A DNA stretch of 64,000 bases from an uncultured Bacilli bacterium (GCA_934149515.1 CAKPFD010000002.1:98209-162208); one strand, 5' to 3'. Positions 45,702 through 55,738 are shown, counted from the stretch's first letter. Notes: generated from the letters alone by a model not told the origin. Numbers and translations: made by a program.

Positions 45702-45736
45702 AAAGACTTTTCTCTATAAAAAGAGGAAAGTCTTTT
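45701..45736. terminator. bidirectional terminator between convergent genes
   Basis: AAAAGACTTTTCTC pairs with GAGGAAAGTCTTTT, with A and T runs on either side. Confidence 0.5.
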
Positions 45737-45740
45737 CTAA

Positions 45741-46493
45741 TTAAAGTCTTTTAAAAGATGAAATATAATCTTCATGATAAGCTCGATTGGACATAATAGG
45801 AGTGCCATTCAAAGTAGTGGCATAATGACCTCTTGCCATAGCACAAGCTGGAGCTTTAGTAGCTTTTATATTTGGATCTTTTGGTAAAATTCTATCAATA
45901 TCTTGATCTAATTTTTGTGTTTCTTCAAGTGTAGGTTTTGGTAGTGGTTGAGGTTGTGATTGAGTCTTTCCTGGTTGAGGTTGTGATTGAGTCTTTCCTG
46001 GTTGAGGTTGTGGTTGAGTCTTTCCTGGTTGAGGTTGTGGTTGAGTCTTTCCTGGTTGAGGTTGTGGTTGAGTTTTTTCTGGTTGAGGTTGTGGTTGAGT
46101 CTTTCCTGGTTGAGGTTGTGGTTGAGTTTTTTCTGGTTGAGGTTGTTTCTTATCTTTACCATACTCATTAATAATTACTTTTTCAGGACCATCTTTTTCC
46201 TTCTCAGCTTGTTCTTCCCTTTCTTTTGCCTTTTTAATAGCAGCAAGTTCTCTTTTTTCTGCTTCTACATTTGCTTTATGTTGATCACGAATACTTTTTG
46301 CTAAACGAATGGTGGCAACTAAAGATGCAATTCCTACAATCGGACCAATACCAGGTATTACAAATAAAAACATTGGTGTTGCTAAGGCACATAACCCGCA
46401 TCCTAATCCTTTAAGACCATAACTAAATAAGTTAGAAAATGGTTTCTTTAATTTTTTTAAATCTTCTTTCATTTCTTTTAATTCATCAAACAT
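45741..46493 (-). CDS. membrane protein with a Pro/Gln-rich tandem-repeat linker
   Basis: Two TM helices ('GLGCGLCALATPMFLFVIPGIGPIVGIASLVATI'), a charged helix, then (PQPGKTQ[PS]Q)n. The start is probably ATG 46493, 10 nt after GGGAG; in-frame ATGs also lie at 46502 and 46514. Confidence 0.65.
   Translation of the reverse strand: MFDELKEMKEDLKKLKKPFSNLFSYGLKGLGCGLCALATPMFLFVIPGIGPIVGIASLVATIRLAKSIRDQHKANVEAEKRELAAIKKAKEREEQAEKEKDGPEKVIINEYGKDKKQPQPEKTQPQPQPGKTQPQPQPEKTQPQPQPGKTQPQPQPGKTQPQPQPGKTQSQPQPGKTQSQPQPLPKPTLEETQKLDQDIDRILPKDPNIKATKAPACAMARGHYATTLNGTPIMSNRAYHEDYISSFKRL
45946..46146 (-). repeat. 27-bp in-frame tandem repeat, about 7.5 copies
   Basis: The unit 'ggttgaggttgtg(g/a)ttgagt(c/t)tt(t/c)c(c/t)t' repeats head to tail from 45946. 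Confidence 0.85.
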
Positions 46494-46605
46494 ATTCACC
46501 ATACTCCCTTTCAATGGCTACATTATACTACAAATATAGCCATTTTGTCAAATAAATTTATGTATAAAAAAGAAAAATATTGGACATCTTAAAAACAGGA
46601 GGAAC

Positions 46606-47145
46606 ATGATGAAAAGAAAAATATTAACGAGTATAAGTTTAATTTTAATTCTTATTGGTATAACTGGCTGTAAGGATATGATGAATACACCAAGTAAAAG
46701 AGTAGAAGAATTTTTTAATAAGTATCAAACAATGGATTCTGATGTATTGACAGATCTAGATACCGTCATTGATAAATCTGATTATTTAGAAGAAGAAAAA
46801 CAAGAATATAAAGATTTAATGAAAAAGCAGTATCAAAACTTATCATATAAAATAAAAGATGAACAAACAAACGGAAATCAAGCAACCGTAACTGCAGAAA
46901 TAGAAGTGTTTGATTATCAAACTGCTAAAATCAAAGCCGATAAATATATAGAACAACACCAAGATGAATTAAAAGACGAAAAAGAAAAAGAAGCTTACCG
47001 TTTAAAACAAATGAAAGCAACAACAGAAAAAGTAAATTATACCATTGAATTTCATTTAGTAAAAGATAACAAAACTTGGGTATTAGAAGAAATAACAGAT
47101 ACCGATTTACAAAAAATACATGGTTTATACACAACAGTTGACTAA
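46606..47145 (+). CDS. lipoprotein, unknown function
   Basis: Lipobox 'LILIGITGC'. Confidence 0.6.
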   Translation: MMKRKILTSISLILILIGITGCKDMMNTPSKRVEEFFNKYQTMDSDVLTDLDTVIDKSDYLEEEKQEYKDLMKKQYQNLSYKIKDEQTNGNQATVTAEIEVFDYQTAKIKADKYIEQHQDELKDEKEKEAYRLKQMKATTEKVNYTIEFHLVKDNKTWVLEEITDTDLQKIHGLYTTVD

Positions 47146-47208
47146 GGAAATGGCAAATACTATTTTCTTTTTTTTATTTATCCACTATAATAATAGTAGG
47201 AGGGAAAA

Positions 47209-47925
47209 ATGGCAACGGCACATATTGAAAGTTTAAAAGAAAATATAAAAAAGAAAGTATTAATGCCAGGCGATCCATTGCGCGCTCAATATATTGCACA
47301 AAACTTTTTGCAAGATGTAAAATGCGTAAATAACGTCCGTGGTATGTTAGCCTTTACAGGAAAATATAAAGATAAGGAAATTACTGTTTTCGCATCTGGA
47401 ATGGGTGGACCAAGCATGGGAATATATGCTTACGAATTATATCATTTCTATGATGTAGAAAAAATTATTCGAATTGGTACTTGTGGTAGCAATCATCCAT
47501 CTGTAAAAGTGCGTGATATGATAATTGCAAAAGAAGCTTACACACTATCAAGTTATCCAAAACTATTCTTTAACGATGATGAACATTTGTTTCAAGCTAA
47601 TGAAAAGATAGTAACAGCGCTAGAAGAACAAACAAATAAATTACAAACTAAAACACATGTAGGAACAGTTATTACAAGTGATATATTTGATGTTTATGTC
47701 GATAAAGAAACTTATAAGAAAAACTATCCAGCAATCATCAATGAACAAGCACTAGCAGCAGAAATGGAAGCAGCAATTCTTTTATCCATAGCCAAACATC
47801 TTCATAAAGAAGCAGGTTGTATTTTAACTGTCGTAGATTCTATGTATGACGATCAAATTGTCACACCAGAAGAAAGACAAACAAGCTTAAATGATATGAT
47901 TATTTGTGCATTAGAAGCAATTTAG
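47209..47925 (+). CDS. deoD: purine nucleoside phosphorylase, DeoD type
   Basis: 'VLMPGDPLRAQYIAQNFL', 'FASGMGGPSMGIYAYEL' and 'RIGTCG'. Confidence 0.85.
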   Translation: MATAHIESLKENIKKKVLMPGDPLRAQYIAQNFLQDVKCVNNVRGMLAFTGKYKDKEITVFASGMGGPSMGIYAYELYHFYDVEKIIRIGTCGSNHPSVKVRDMIIAKEAYTLSSYPKLFFNDDEHLFQANEKIVTALEEQTNKLQTKTHVGTVITSDIFDVYVDKETYKKNYPAIINEQALAAEMEAAILLSIAKHLHKEAGCILTVVDSMYDDQIVTPEERQTSLNDMIICALEAI

Positions 47926-47970
47926 AATAGATAGTAAAAACTTGGGATATCCTACTAAAAGGAGGAAAAA

Positions 47971-49245
47971 ATGGAATACATCACAAAAGATCAAGGATCT
48001 TATCAACTACACATTATTAAAACAAATGCCTTCAAAACCATTACAGTAAAAATTTATTTGAAAGAAATAGCGAAAAAAGAAAATATAACAAAACGTAATT
48101 TCTTAAATGATATTTTATTACTTTCAAATGAAGACTATAAGACAAAATCAAGTTTTAACAAAGCCTTACAAAATTTATATGCTGCAAATATCAATATAGC
48201 GACAAGACGTCTAGGTTCATATTTAGATACCTGTTTTACCCTAAGAGTATTAAATGATAAATATACCGAAAAAGGAAATTTTGAACAAGCAATTGCTTTT
48301 TTTACTTCAGTATTATTACGTCCAAACGTTACAGATGGTGCTTTTGATGAAAAGAATTTTCAAACAGTTTATGAAGACTATCAAGCAGATCTAAATTCCT
48401 TAAAAGATGATAGAAGACTATATGCCATCATTCGTCTGTTAGAAGAAACAAATAAAAAACAAGCTTTAGCATCTACATATAGAAGTGTAGGATACCAAGA
48501 AGACTTGCAAAAAATCACTAAGCAAAATCTTTATCAATACTATCTAGAAATGTTGAAACATAATCTTATTGATATCTATGTACTAGGAGATGTCGATGAA
48601 GTTGAAGTTCAAAATTTATTCCGTCAATATTTTCAAATTAATACCTACAAGCTAAGAAAACAACCAATTCTATTAAAAGAAATACCAACAACAAGATCAA
48701 AAACCATAACAGAGTGTTTACCATCGAATCAATCACAGCTATGTATGAGTTTATCTACGAATAATTTAACAGATTACGAAAGAAATTATCCACTTTCTAT
48801 TTACAATACAATTTTAGGAGGTGGAACAGATTCTATGCTATTTAAAGAAGTAAGAGAAGAAAATTCTCTTGCCTATTATATTGGTAGTTCTCCAAGTAAA
48901 TTTGATCGCTTGATATTAATTAATGGTGGGATTACAAACAGCAGTAGCAAAGAAGTAACCCGCTTAATCAAGAAACAACTAAAAAAACTAACAAAAGGTT
49001 CTTTTACTGAAGAAAATATCCAAGCAGCCAAAGAATTTTATTTAAGTGCTTTAGATGACATAAAAGAAAGCGCAAACCGCTTAATAGAAAGTTATTATAT
49101 GATGGATTTGTTAGGTGTAGATGATATTGAAACCAAAAGGGAAAAAATACAAAAAGTAACCAAAGAAGAAGTCATAGCAGTTGCGAATAAAGTAAAAATA
49201 AATACAATTTTTGTATTAGAAGGAGAAGATAATGCAACCAATTGA
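47971..49245 (+). CDS. M16-family peptidase-like protein without a zinc motif (YmfF-like)
   Basis: Insulinase-fold length and pattern with no HxxEH. It is paired and overlapping with the active-type partner. Confidence 0.7.
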   Translation: MEYITKDQGSYQLHIIKTNAFKTITVKIYLKEIAKKENITKRNFLNDILLLSNEDYKTKSSFNKALQNLYAANINIATRRLGSYLDTCFTLRVLNDKYTEKGNFEQAIAFFTSVLLRPNVTDGAFDEKNFQTVYEDYQADLNSLKDDRRLYAIIRLLEETNKKQALASTYRSVGYQEDLQKITKQNLYQYYLEMLKHNLIDIYVLGDVDEVEVQNLFRQYFQINTYKLRKQPILLKEIPTTRSKTITECLPSNQSQLCMSLSTNNLTDYERNYPLSIYNTILGGGTDSMLFKEVREENSLAYYIGSSPSKFDRLILINGGITNSSSKEVTRLIKKQLKKLTKGSFTEENIQAAKEFYLSALDDIKESANRLIESYYMMDLLGVDDIETKREKIQKVTKEEVIAVANKVKINTIFVLEGEDNATN

Positions 49246-50515
49246 AATAAAAGGAGTAGGAAACACTGTATATAGAGAAACATTGCCTTGCGGTTTAGAT
49301 GTTATTTTAATACCAAATGCTAAAGAAAATACCAAAAAGAATTATTACGTAAACTATGGCGTTTATTATGGAGCAGATAATAATGAGTTTATCCCATATC
49401 AAAAAAAGCAAATGCACTCCTTTGCACCAGGAATTGCTCATTTCCTAGAACATAAAATGTTTGAAATGGAAGATGGTACTACACCATTTAATTTTTACTC
49501 TGAAACAGGAACCTACGTGAATGCATACACAAGTTATCGCTCTACTTGCTATGTTATTAGTGGCAGTAAAAGCCTAAAAGAAAACTTAAAATATTTATTT
49601 CGATTAGTAGCAAATCCTTATTTTACAGATGAAAATGTAGCAAAAGAACAAGGGATTATTCAGGAAGAAATTCATATGCGGGATGATGATCCGGATTATT
49701 TAGCAATGAAGATACTACGAAAGAATATGTTTCATCATTTACCAGAAAAAATACCTGTTATTGGGTCTGTAGAATCTATTCAAAAGATAACAAAAGAAGA
49801 TTTATATACAGCGTATCGGACATTTTATCGTCCTAAAAATATGTTTTTAGTTATTTCAGGATGTTTTGATAAAGAAGAAATTTATCAGACAATTTTAGAT
49901 GCTACCAAGAAATTTCCCCAAGATTTTACACCATGCACCAAAAAATATCATGAACCAGTTAAAGTTGTCAAAGAGTATGAAGAACAAACTAGTGATATTA
50001 AAATAGAAAAATTAGCTATTGGTTATAAAATGAAGCGAGCTGATCTATCTATAAAAGACGACATTTTATTAGATCTATATACGAATATGCTAATTTCTCT
50101 AAACTTCGGATCAACATCTACCTTTTTTGAACAAATGAAAGAAAATCATATATTGATTCGTTGTGGCTATACTGTACAAACAGAAGGAGAAATTCGTACC
50201 TTTGTCGTTGAAACTGACACCACAAGATCAGCTCAATTTATCAAATGCCTAGAAGAAAAATTACAAGATCTAACCATCACTGAAGAAGATATGGAAAGAA
50301 TGAAAAAAGTATGGATTTCAGGAGAAGTTGTAAAAAGCGATTACGCCGATGCACTATTAGATTCATTTGTAGACGATTTAGTGACCTATCGTGATATCGT
50401 GGTAAACTACATTGAGAAAATACGTTCAATGAATATCGAAACTATGAGAACACTTATCAAAGAATTAGATTTTTCTAATCGTTCTATTGCAAAAGTTTTA
50501 CCACAAAATGAATAA
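49232..50515 (+). CDS. M16-family zinc peptidase (YmfH-like)
   Basis: Inverted zinc motif 'HFLEH' within 'GIAHFLEHKMFE'. Confidence 0.75.
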   Translation: MQPIEIKGVGNTVYRETLPCGLDVILIPNAKENTKKNYYVNYGVYYGADNNEFIPYQKKQMHSFAPGIAHFLEHKMFEMEDGTTPFNFYSETGTYVNAYTSYRSTCYVISGSKSLKENLKYLFRLVANPYFTDENVAKEQGIIQEEIHMRDDDPDYLAMKILRKNMFHHLPEKIPVIGSVESIQKITKEDLYTAYRTFYRPKNMFLVISGCFDKEEIYQTILDATKKFPQDFTPCTKKYHEPVKVVKEYEEQTSDIKIEKLAIGYKMKRADLSIKDDILLDLYTNMLISLNFGSTSTFFEQMKENHILIRCGYTVQTEGEIRTFVVETDTTRSAQFIKCLEEKLQDLTITEEDMERMKKVWISGEVVKSDYADALLDSFVDDLVTYRDIVVNYIEKIRSMNIETMRTLIKELDFSNRSIAKVLPQNE

Positions 50516-50520
50516 AACGA

Positions 50521-50549
50521 TTGCAAAACCAATAACCTTGTGCTATACT
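50521..50549 (+). promoter_or_regulatory. candidate rplS promoter
   Basis: TTGCAA (50521-50526), 17-nt spacer, TATACT (50544-50549). Confidence 0.5.
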
Positions 50550-50555
50550 AAGTAA

Positions 50556-50620
50556 CGTCAAAAAAATGTTCCGCTTGCCTTAATATGATTGGTTATGAAC
50601 ATTGGTTATAAGATAAGGAG
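50556..50620 (+). ncRNA. possible ribosomal protein L19 leader
   Basis: 5' UTR of rplS with the stem AATGTTC ... GAACATT and a direct repeat ATTGGTTAT x2. A cis-regulatory L19 leader is known in low-GC Gram-positives, but I cannot verify the consensus by eye. Confidence 0.3.
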
Positions 50621-50628
50621 GAAAAACG

Positions 50629-50973
50629 ATGAATGTAATTGACAAAATTAATGAAAAACAAATCAATAAAGATATTCCTGAATTTCGTGTTGGTGATACC
50701 GTTCGTGTTGATGTAAAAATCATCGAAGGAAAAAGAGAACGTATTCAGGCTTTTGAGGGTGTTGTTATTTCACGTAAAGGAGGAAGTGTAAGCGAAACGT
50801 TTACAGTTCGTAAAATATCATCAGGAATTGGAGTTGAAAGAACATTTCCAATCCATTCACCAAAAATTGCTGCTATCACAGTAGTAAGACGTGGTAAAGT
50901 AAGACGTGCGAAATTAACATTCTTAAGAAATAAAATTGGTCAATATCGCATTAAAGAAAGAGGACAAAAATAA
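50629..50973 (+). CDS. rplS: 50S ribosomal protein L19
   Basis: '[32 protein letters not shown]'. Confidence 0.95.
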   Translation: MNVIDKINEKQINKDIPEFRVGDTVRVDVKIIEGKRERIQAFEGVVISRKGGSVSETFTVRKISSGIGVERTFPIHSPKIAAITVVRRGKVRRAKLTFLRNKIGQYRIKERGQK

Positions 50974-50992
50974 GACCACTGGTCTTATTTTT
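50972..50992 (+). terminator. rplS terminator
   Basis: AAGACC-ACT-GGTCTT followed by ATTTTT. Confidence 0.6.
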
Positions 50993-51007
50993 ATTTAGGA
51001 CAAGATT

Positions 51008-51514
51008 ATGAAAGAAAAACTAAAAGAAGTCATTCCTTATATCATCATTGTTTTCGTTGTCATTTTTATCAAAGCATTTATTGTAACACCAATCAGAGTA
51101 AATGGACCATCTATGCTACCAACACTAAAGGAAAAAGACATCATGATTTTAAACAAAACAGCATATTATTTTTCTTCACCAAAACGATTTGATATCGTTG
51201 TGATTGATACTAAAGAAAACTATATTATCAAAAGAATTATTGGACTTCCAGGAGAAGAAATAGAGTATAAAGATAACGCCTTATATGTAAATGGTGAAAA
51301 AGTAGAAGAGAAAATAGAAAACTTACAAACAGAAGACTTTACATCAGAAGAATTAGGTAGTAAAAAAATACCAGAAGATACATATTTAGTATTAGGAGAT
51401 AATCGTATGGAATCTTATGATAGCCGTTCTATTGGTTTTATTAATAAAAAACAAATATTAGGAAAAACATCCTTGACCATATTACCATTCAATCGAATTG
51501 GAATTCGCAAATAG
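51008..51514 (+). CDS. lepB: signal peptidase I (S26A, bacterial type)
   Basis: 'NGPSMLPTL', 'IKRIIGLPGE' and 'GDNRMESYDSR'. Confidence 0.9.
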   Translation: MKEKLKEVIPYIIIVFVVIFIKAFIVTPIRVNGPSMLPTLKEKDIMILNKTAYYFSSPKRFDIVVIDTKENYIIKRIIGLPGEEIEYKDNALYVNGEKVEEKIENLQTEDFTSEELGSKKIPEDTYLVLGDNRMESYDSRSIGFINKKQILGKTSLTILPFNRIGIRK

Positions 51515-51584
51515 AAGCATTTTTTTGATGTTTCTTTTTTATGCAAAATATGATATCTTTCTATTAAAGAAGGAGAACTTAAAA

Positions 51585-52655
51585 ATGGATTTATATCAAA
51601 AAATAATGGAACAATTTTCTTATAAAGGATTGACAACACTTGAAATGGCTAGATTCCTATATTTAGAATTAGCAAAAAATGTCGTATTTAGTACTAAATT
51701 TCAAAATACAACACAACAACAACAAGCCCAAATGCTTTCTGCCAAAATAGATATACATCATATGGAGAACACAAGTATTAACTGTGTGATGTGGGCACAA
51801 GCCTATAGCCAATTGTTAACAGCATTCAACATCCCAAACCGAATAAGAAACCAAGGACATCAATTTGTTGAATTTAATGTTCAAGGAAAAAAATGGGTAG
51901 CAGATGCTACTACTGGTTCTTATAATGATATAGCAAGAATTCACAATCAAGATGATCCTGCCTATTTTGGACTAAGCATATATCAATCCATAGATGAAAA
52001 AGCATCCCCATTTCCAAAATACGATAAACAAGTCACGGAAGAACTTTCGCAAATAGATGAAAAATTAGGATATCATAATAGTTCTTATCAAAATTTAAAA
52101 AAATTAAAACAAATGTTAGAAGAAGTTAAAAGCAATTACTTAAATAGTACTCAATTTTCAATAACATCTAAAGATAAGGATAAAGCAAAATTAAAACTAG
52201 AACTTTTATTTGCAAGATTAGGAACATTACCACAAGGATATTATGAAGGTAAAGAATTTGTTTATACACTAGAGAAAATTTTATTGACAGATGAAGAAAT
52301 GAAACGTTTATCAGCCAAAGAATTAAAGAAAACAAACAAAGATACAAGTGTTGATATTATTCAAGTAATCACATTGAAAAATCAAGAAAATAAGGATTAT
52401 AACTATTATTTATTTTCGGAAAATACAGCAATTCAACCAGTCGATAAAAATGATGTTGTAAGACTTTCTTTATTAGGATATGGCTTAGAAGAAGATGCTA
52501 TCATTCCAGGTATTATTTATCCTAGAAATTTTATTCCTGGTAAAATTGAAAATAGTTTATCTTACAAGTTAAAAAGAAAACTTCACCAAAAAGAAATTGC
52601 TCAATCTCCAATTGCTAAGTTTGCTTCGGCCCATCAAGCAACCATCAAGAAATAA
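51585..52655 (+). CDS. hypothetical protein (possible transglutaminase-like fold)
   Basis: ATG 51585 follows AAGGAG. The 'SINCVMWAQAY' Cys context is only suggestive. Confidence 0.6.
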   Translation: MDLYQKIMEQFSYKGLTTLEMARFLYLELAKNVVFSTKFQNTTQQQQAQMLSAKIDIHHMENTSINCVMWAQAYSQLLTAFNIPNRIRNQGHQFVEFNVQGKKWVADATTGSYNDIARIHNQDDPAYFGLSIYQSIDEKASPFPKYDKQVTEELSQIDEKLGYHNSSYQNLKKLKQMLEEVKSNYLNSTQFSITSKDKDKAKLKLELLFARLGTLPQGYYEGKEFVYTLEKILLTDEEMKRLSAKELKKTNKDTSVDIIQVITLKNQENKDYNYYLFSENTAIQPVDKNDVVRLSLLGYGLEEDAIIPGIIYPRNFIPGKIENSLSYKLKRKLHQKEIAQSPIAKFASAHQATIKK

Positions 52656-52672
52656 ACAATTTCTTTTTTTGG

Positions 52673-52720
52673 TTGACAGTTGAATAGATATTCAATTATA
52701 CTAGCAATAGTTGAGTAACA
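52673..52720 (+). promoter_or_regulatory. cad promoter with overlapping ArsR/CadC-type operators
   Basis: TTGACA (52673-52678), 18-nt spacer, TATACT (52697-52702). The 7-2-7 inverted repeat TTGAATA-GA-TATTCAA (52680-52695) lies within the spacer. A second inverted repeat AGTTGA-N8-TCAACT lies downstream. Confidence 0.55.
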
Positions 52721-52744
52721 GTTCAACTAAAGGAGGATTTACCA

Positions 52745-53122
52745 ATGAAACAGCAAACTTGGACTTGCGATTGTAATATGATACATCAAGAGGCGGTACA
52801 GAAAGCCTTAAAACATAAACCTACAACTAATCAAATTCAAAATCTATCGGATTTATTTAAAATGTTAGGAGATAAAACAAGAATCAAAATTATTTGGGCA
52901 CTTGATAATCACGAAATGTGTGTTTGTGATATTGCCAATGCACTCAATATGACAAAATCATCCATTTCCCATCAATTAGCCATCTTAAGAGAAGCAGGAA
53001 TCGTTACTTACCATAAATCAGGAAAAGAAGTATATTATATGCTAGATGATGATCATATAAAAAAAATATATGAAATTGGCTTAGAACATATTGCCCATAA
53101 AATGAAAGGAGTGTTAAAATGA
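52745..53122 (+). CDS. cadC: ArsR/SmtB-family metalloregulator (CadC-like)
   Basis: N-terminal Cys pair 'CDC', 'LGDKTRIKIIWAL', 'CVCDIANALNMTKSSISHQLAILR'. Confidence 0.8.
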   Translation: MKQQTWTCDCNMIHQEAVQKALKHKPTTNQIQNLSDLFKMLGDKTRIKIIWALDNHEMCVCDIANALNMTKSSISHQLAILREAGIVTYHKSGKEVYYMLDDDHIKKIYEIGLEHIAHKMKGVLK

Positions 53123-55173
53123 CCAAATATAAATATTCTATTCATAATTTAGACTGTGCTAATTGTGCACGTGAAATAGAGAAAAACTTAAATAAAAAGG
53201 AAGAATTTCATGATGTTTCTGTCAATTTTAGTACTTGCAAATTATCTTTCGAATCAGAAAAAAATTATACCATTAAAGAATTGAATCATTTTATTCAACA
53301 AGTAGAACCAGATGCTTATCTTACCACCACAAATATAGAAGAAGAAAAAAGTGAATATCATCTTAGCATCTTATTATTAGCATTATTCATCGGTATAGGA
53401 GCATACTTTCTACCATTACCAACCATTATGAAAACAATTTGTTATGTGTTATCTTATGCCTTACTTCTTTATCGAACAACCATCAATGCTATCAAATTAC
53501 TACTAAAAGGAAAAGGAATCAACGAAAATGCACTTATCACTATTTCTTGTCTTGGTGCTTTCTTTCTAGGAAAAATCATGGAAGGAATGATGGTAATTGT
53601 CTTATATACAATCGGTAAAATTTTAGAACAAAAAGCGATTAACAACTCTAGAAAATCAATTAAAAACTTACTAGACATCAAAGAACCATTTGCAAATAAA
53701 AAAGTAGGAAAAGAAATTATTAAAATAGCCGTAGAAGAAGTACAAAAAGGCGATATATTAATGATTAAAAAAGGAGAAAAAATACCAGTTGATGGCATCA
53801 TTACCAAAGGAACTAGTAAATTAGATATGGCAGCCTTAACAGGAGAAAGTGAATTAATAACTGTCAAGGAACAAGATACAATATTATCTGGAAGTATCAA
53901 CATGGGAAGTCCATTAGAAATAAAAGCAACCACTAATTTTGAAGATTCTACAGTAGCAAAAATACTTGATTTATTAGAAAGTGCTACAGATAAAAAAACA
54001 AAAACGGAAACGACAATTTCTAAAATTAGTAAAATTTATACCCCTATCGTTATTACTCTAGCAATAATAATCATTATCACTTTCCCAATTTTCTTTTCTA
54101 TTCCTTTAACAGAAAGTATTCATCGTGCATTAACATTTTTAGTTATTTCCTGTCCCTGTGCCATCGCTATTTCCATACCACTTTCTTACTTTACAGGAAT
54201 TGGTGTAGCAAGCAAAAATGGTATCTTAATTAAAGGTAGTAACTATTTAGATAACCTAAGTAGTGCCACTAGTATTATCTTTGACAAAACAGGAACTCTA
54301 ACAAATGGAACTTTTCAAGTAAAAGATATTAATATAGAAAAATCAGTTCAAAAACAATACACCAAAGATGAAATAATAGACATCTTACGAAAAGGAGAAT
54401 CTTTATCTACCCATCCAATTGCAACTTCTATTGTCCATTTAAAAGAAGAGAAAGTAGATAATACAATGATAAAAGATTTTCAAGAAGAAACAGGAAAAGG
54501 AATTACCTTTACCTTAAATCAGCAACAAATTAAAATAGGAAACCACAAACTATGTCATTGTGAAAATGAAGAAGCAGCACTACATTTAAATATAGATGGT
54601 AAACATATCGCTTCTATTGTCATTGATGATGGTATAAAAGAACATGCCAAAGAAGTCATTCAAACCCTAAAATCTTATCAAATAAAAACTCATATGTTTA
54701 CAGGAGATAAAAAACAAGTTGCACTTACCATCGGCAAAGAATTAAACATTGATGATATTCAATATGAAATGTTACCTCAAGATAAATTTGAAAGTTACGA
54801 AAAAATAAGTAACAGTGATGAAAATAAAATAACAGTGTTTGTCGGAGATGGCATTAATGATGCACCTGTATTAAAAAGAGCAGATATTGGTATTTCCATG
54901 GGAGGAGTTGGAACAGATTCAGCAATTGAAGCAAGTGACATCGTTTTAATGAGTGATGAACTAGATAAAATTCCATTAGCCATTGCTATTTCTAAATATA
55001 CAAAGAAAGTGATGAAGCAAAATTTAACCATGGCCATGACAATTAAAATTGTAATTTTACTTTTAAGTATGTTTGGGCTTGCCAATATGTGGATGGCGGT
55101 ATTTGCAGATACTGGTGTTACATTATTAACCATTATAAATACCTTAAAAATCATGCATAAATATCAAAACTAG
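53119..55173 (+). CDS. cadA: Cd/Zn/Co-translocating P1B-type ATPase
   Basis: N-terminal 'CANC' metal-binding domain, TM 'CPC', 'FDKTGTLT' and 'GDGINDAP'. Confidence 0.85.
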   Translation: MTKYKYSIHNLDCANCAREIEKNLNKKEEFHDVSVNFSTCKLSFESEKNYTIKELNHFIQQVEPDAYLTTTNIEEEKSEYHLSILLLALFIGIGAYFLPLPTIMKTICYVLSYALLLYRTTINAIKLLLKGKGINENALITISCLGAFFLGKIMEGMMVIVLYTIGKILEQKAINNSRKSIKNLLDIKEPFANKKVGKEIIKIAVEEVQKGDILMIKKGEKIPVDGIITKGTSKLDMAALTGESELITVKEQDTILSGSINMGSPLEIKATTNFEDSTVAKILDLLESATDKKTKTETTISKISKIYTPIVITLAIIIIITFPIFFSIPLTESIHRALTFLVISCPCAIAISIPLSYFTGIGVASKNGILIKGSNYLDNLSSATSIIFDKTGTLTNGTFQVKDINIEKSVQKQYTKDEIIDILRKGESLSTHPIATSIVHLKEEKVDNTMIKDFQEETGKGITFTLNQQQIKIGNHKLCHCENEEAALHLNIDGKHIASIVIDDGIKEHAKEVIQTLKSYQIKTHMFTGDKKQVALTIGKELNIDDIQYEMLPQDKFESYEKISNSDENKITVFVGDGINDAPVLKRADIGISMGGVGTDSAIEASDIVLMSDELDKIPLAIAISKYTKKVMKQNLTMAMTIKIVILLLSMFGLANMWMAVFADTGVTLLTIINTLKIMHKYQN

Positions 55174-55183
55174 GAGGAAAATA

Positions 55184-55669
55184 ATGAACAAACAACAAAT
55201 ATATGACTATTTAAATAGTAAAAACATTCCCTTTGAAAAATTAGAACATCAACCAGTCTACAACATGGAACAACTAACAGAAATAGATATGCCACATAAA
55301 GAATATGAAGCCAAAAATCTATTTCTTCGTGATGATAAAAGAAAAAATTACTATTTAGTGACTATCAAAGGCGATAAAAAGATAGATTTAAAAGAGGTTA
55401 GAAAAAAATACCAAACAAGGCCGTTAACATTTGCTTCTGAAGAAGAATTATTTAGCATATTACAATTAAAAAAAGGGGCAGTAACACCACTTGGCTTATT
55501 AAATGATAAAGAAAGAAAAGTGCATTTTTTATTAGATGAAACTTTTACTCCAACTTCACTTATTGGAATCCATCCAAATGATAATACAGCAACTATATGG
55601 TTAAAAGTAAATGATGTATTATCTATCATAAAAGAACATGGTAATCAAATCGATATTGTATCTATATAA
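55184..55669 (+). CDS. YbaK/ProX-type aminoacyl-tRNA deacylase
   Basis: 161 aa. 'KNLFLRDDKRKNYYLV' and 'GAVTPLGLLND' fit the pattern. Confidence 0.75.
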   Translation: MNKQQIYDYLNSKNIPFEKLEHQPVYNMEQLTEIDMPHKEYEAKNLFLRDDKRKNYYLVTIKGDKKIDLKEVRKKYQTRPLTFASEEELFSILQLKKGAVTPLGLLNDKERKVHFLLDETFTPTSLIGIHPNDNTATIWLKVNDVLSIIKEHGNQIDIVSI

Positions 55670-55738
55670 ATAAAAAATGAGTTGAAATTTAACACCAAAA
55701 TAATAGATGATCTAAAATTTAAAAGGAGAAAGTAAAAA

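Noticed and set aside
45946-46146. The regular 27-bp repeats as a CRISPR array.
   Set aside because: The units are contiguous with no spacers, lie in frame within a coding sequence, and no cas genes are present.
45908-46304. ORFs 45908-46168 (-), 45938-46171 (+) and 45987-46304 (+), with repetitive 'LNHNLNQE', 'VVVEVV' and 'LSWLRLW' translations.
   Set aside because: They are alternative-frame or antisense readings of the 27-bp tandem repeat inside the 45741-46493 gene. No independent start signals are present.
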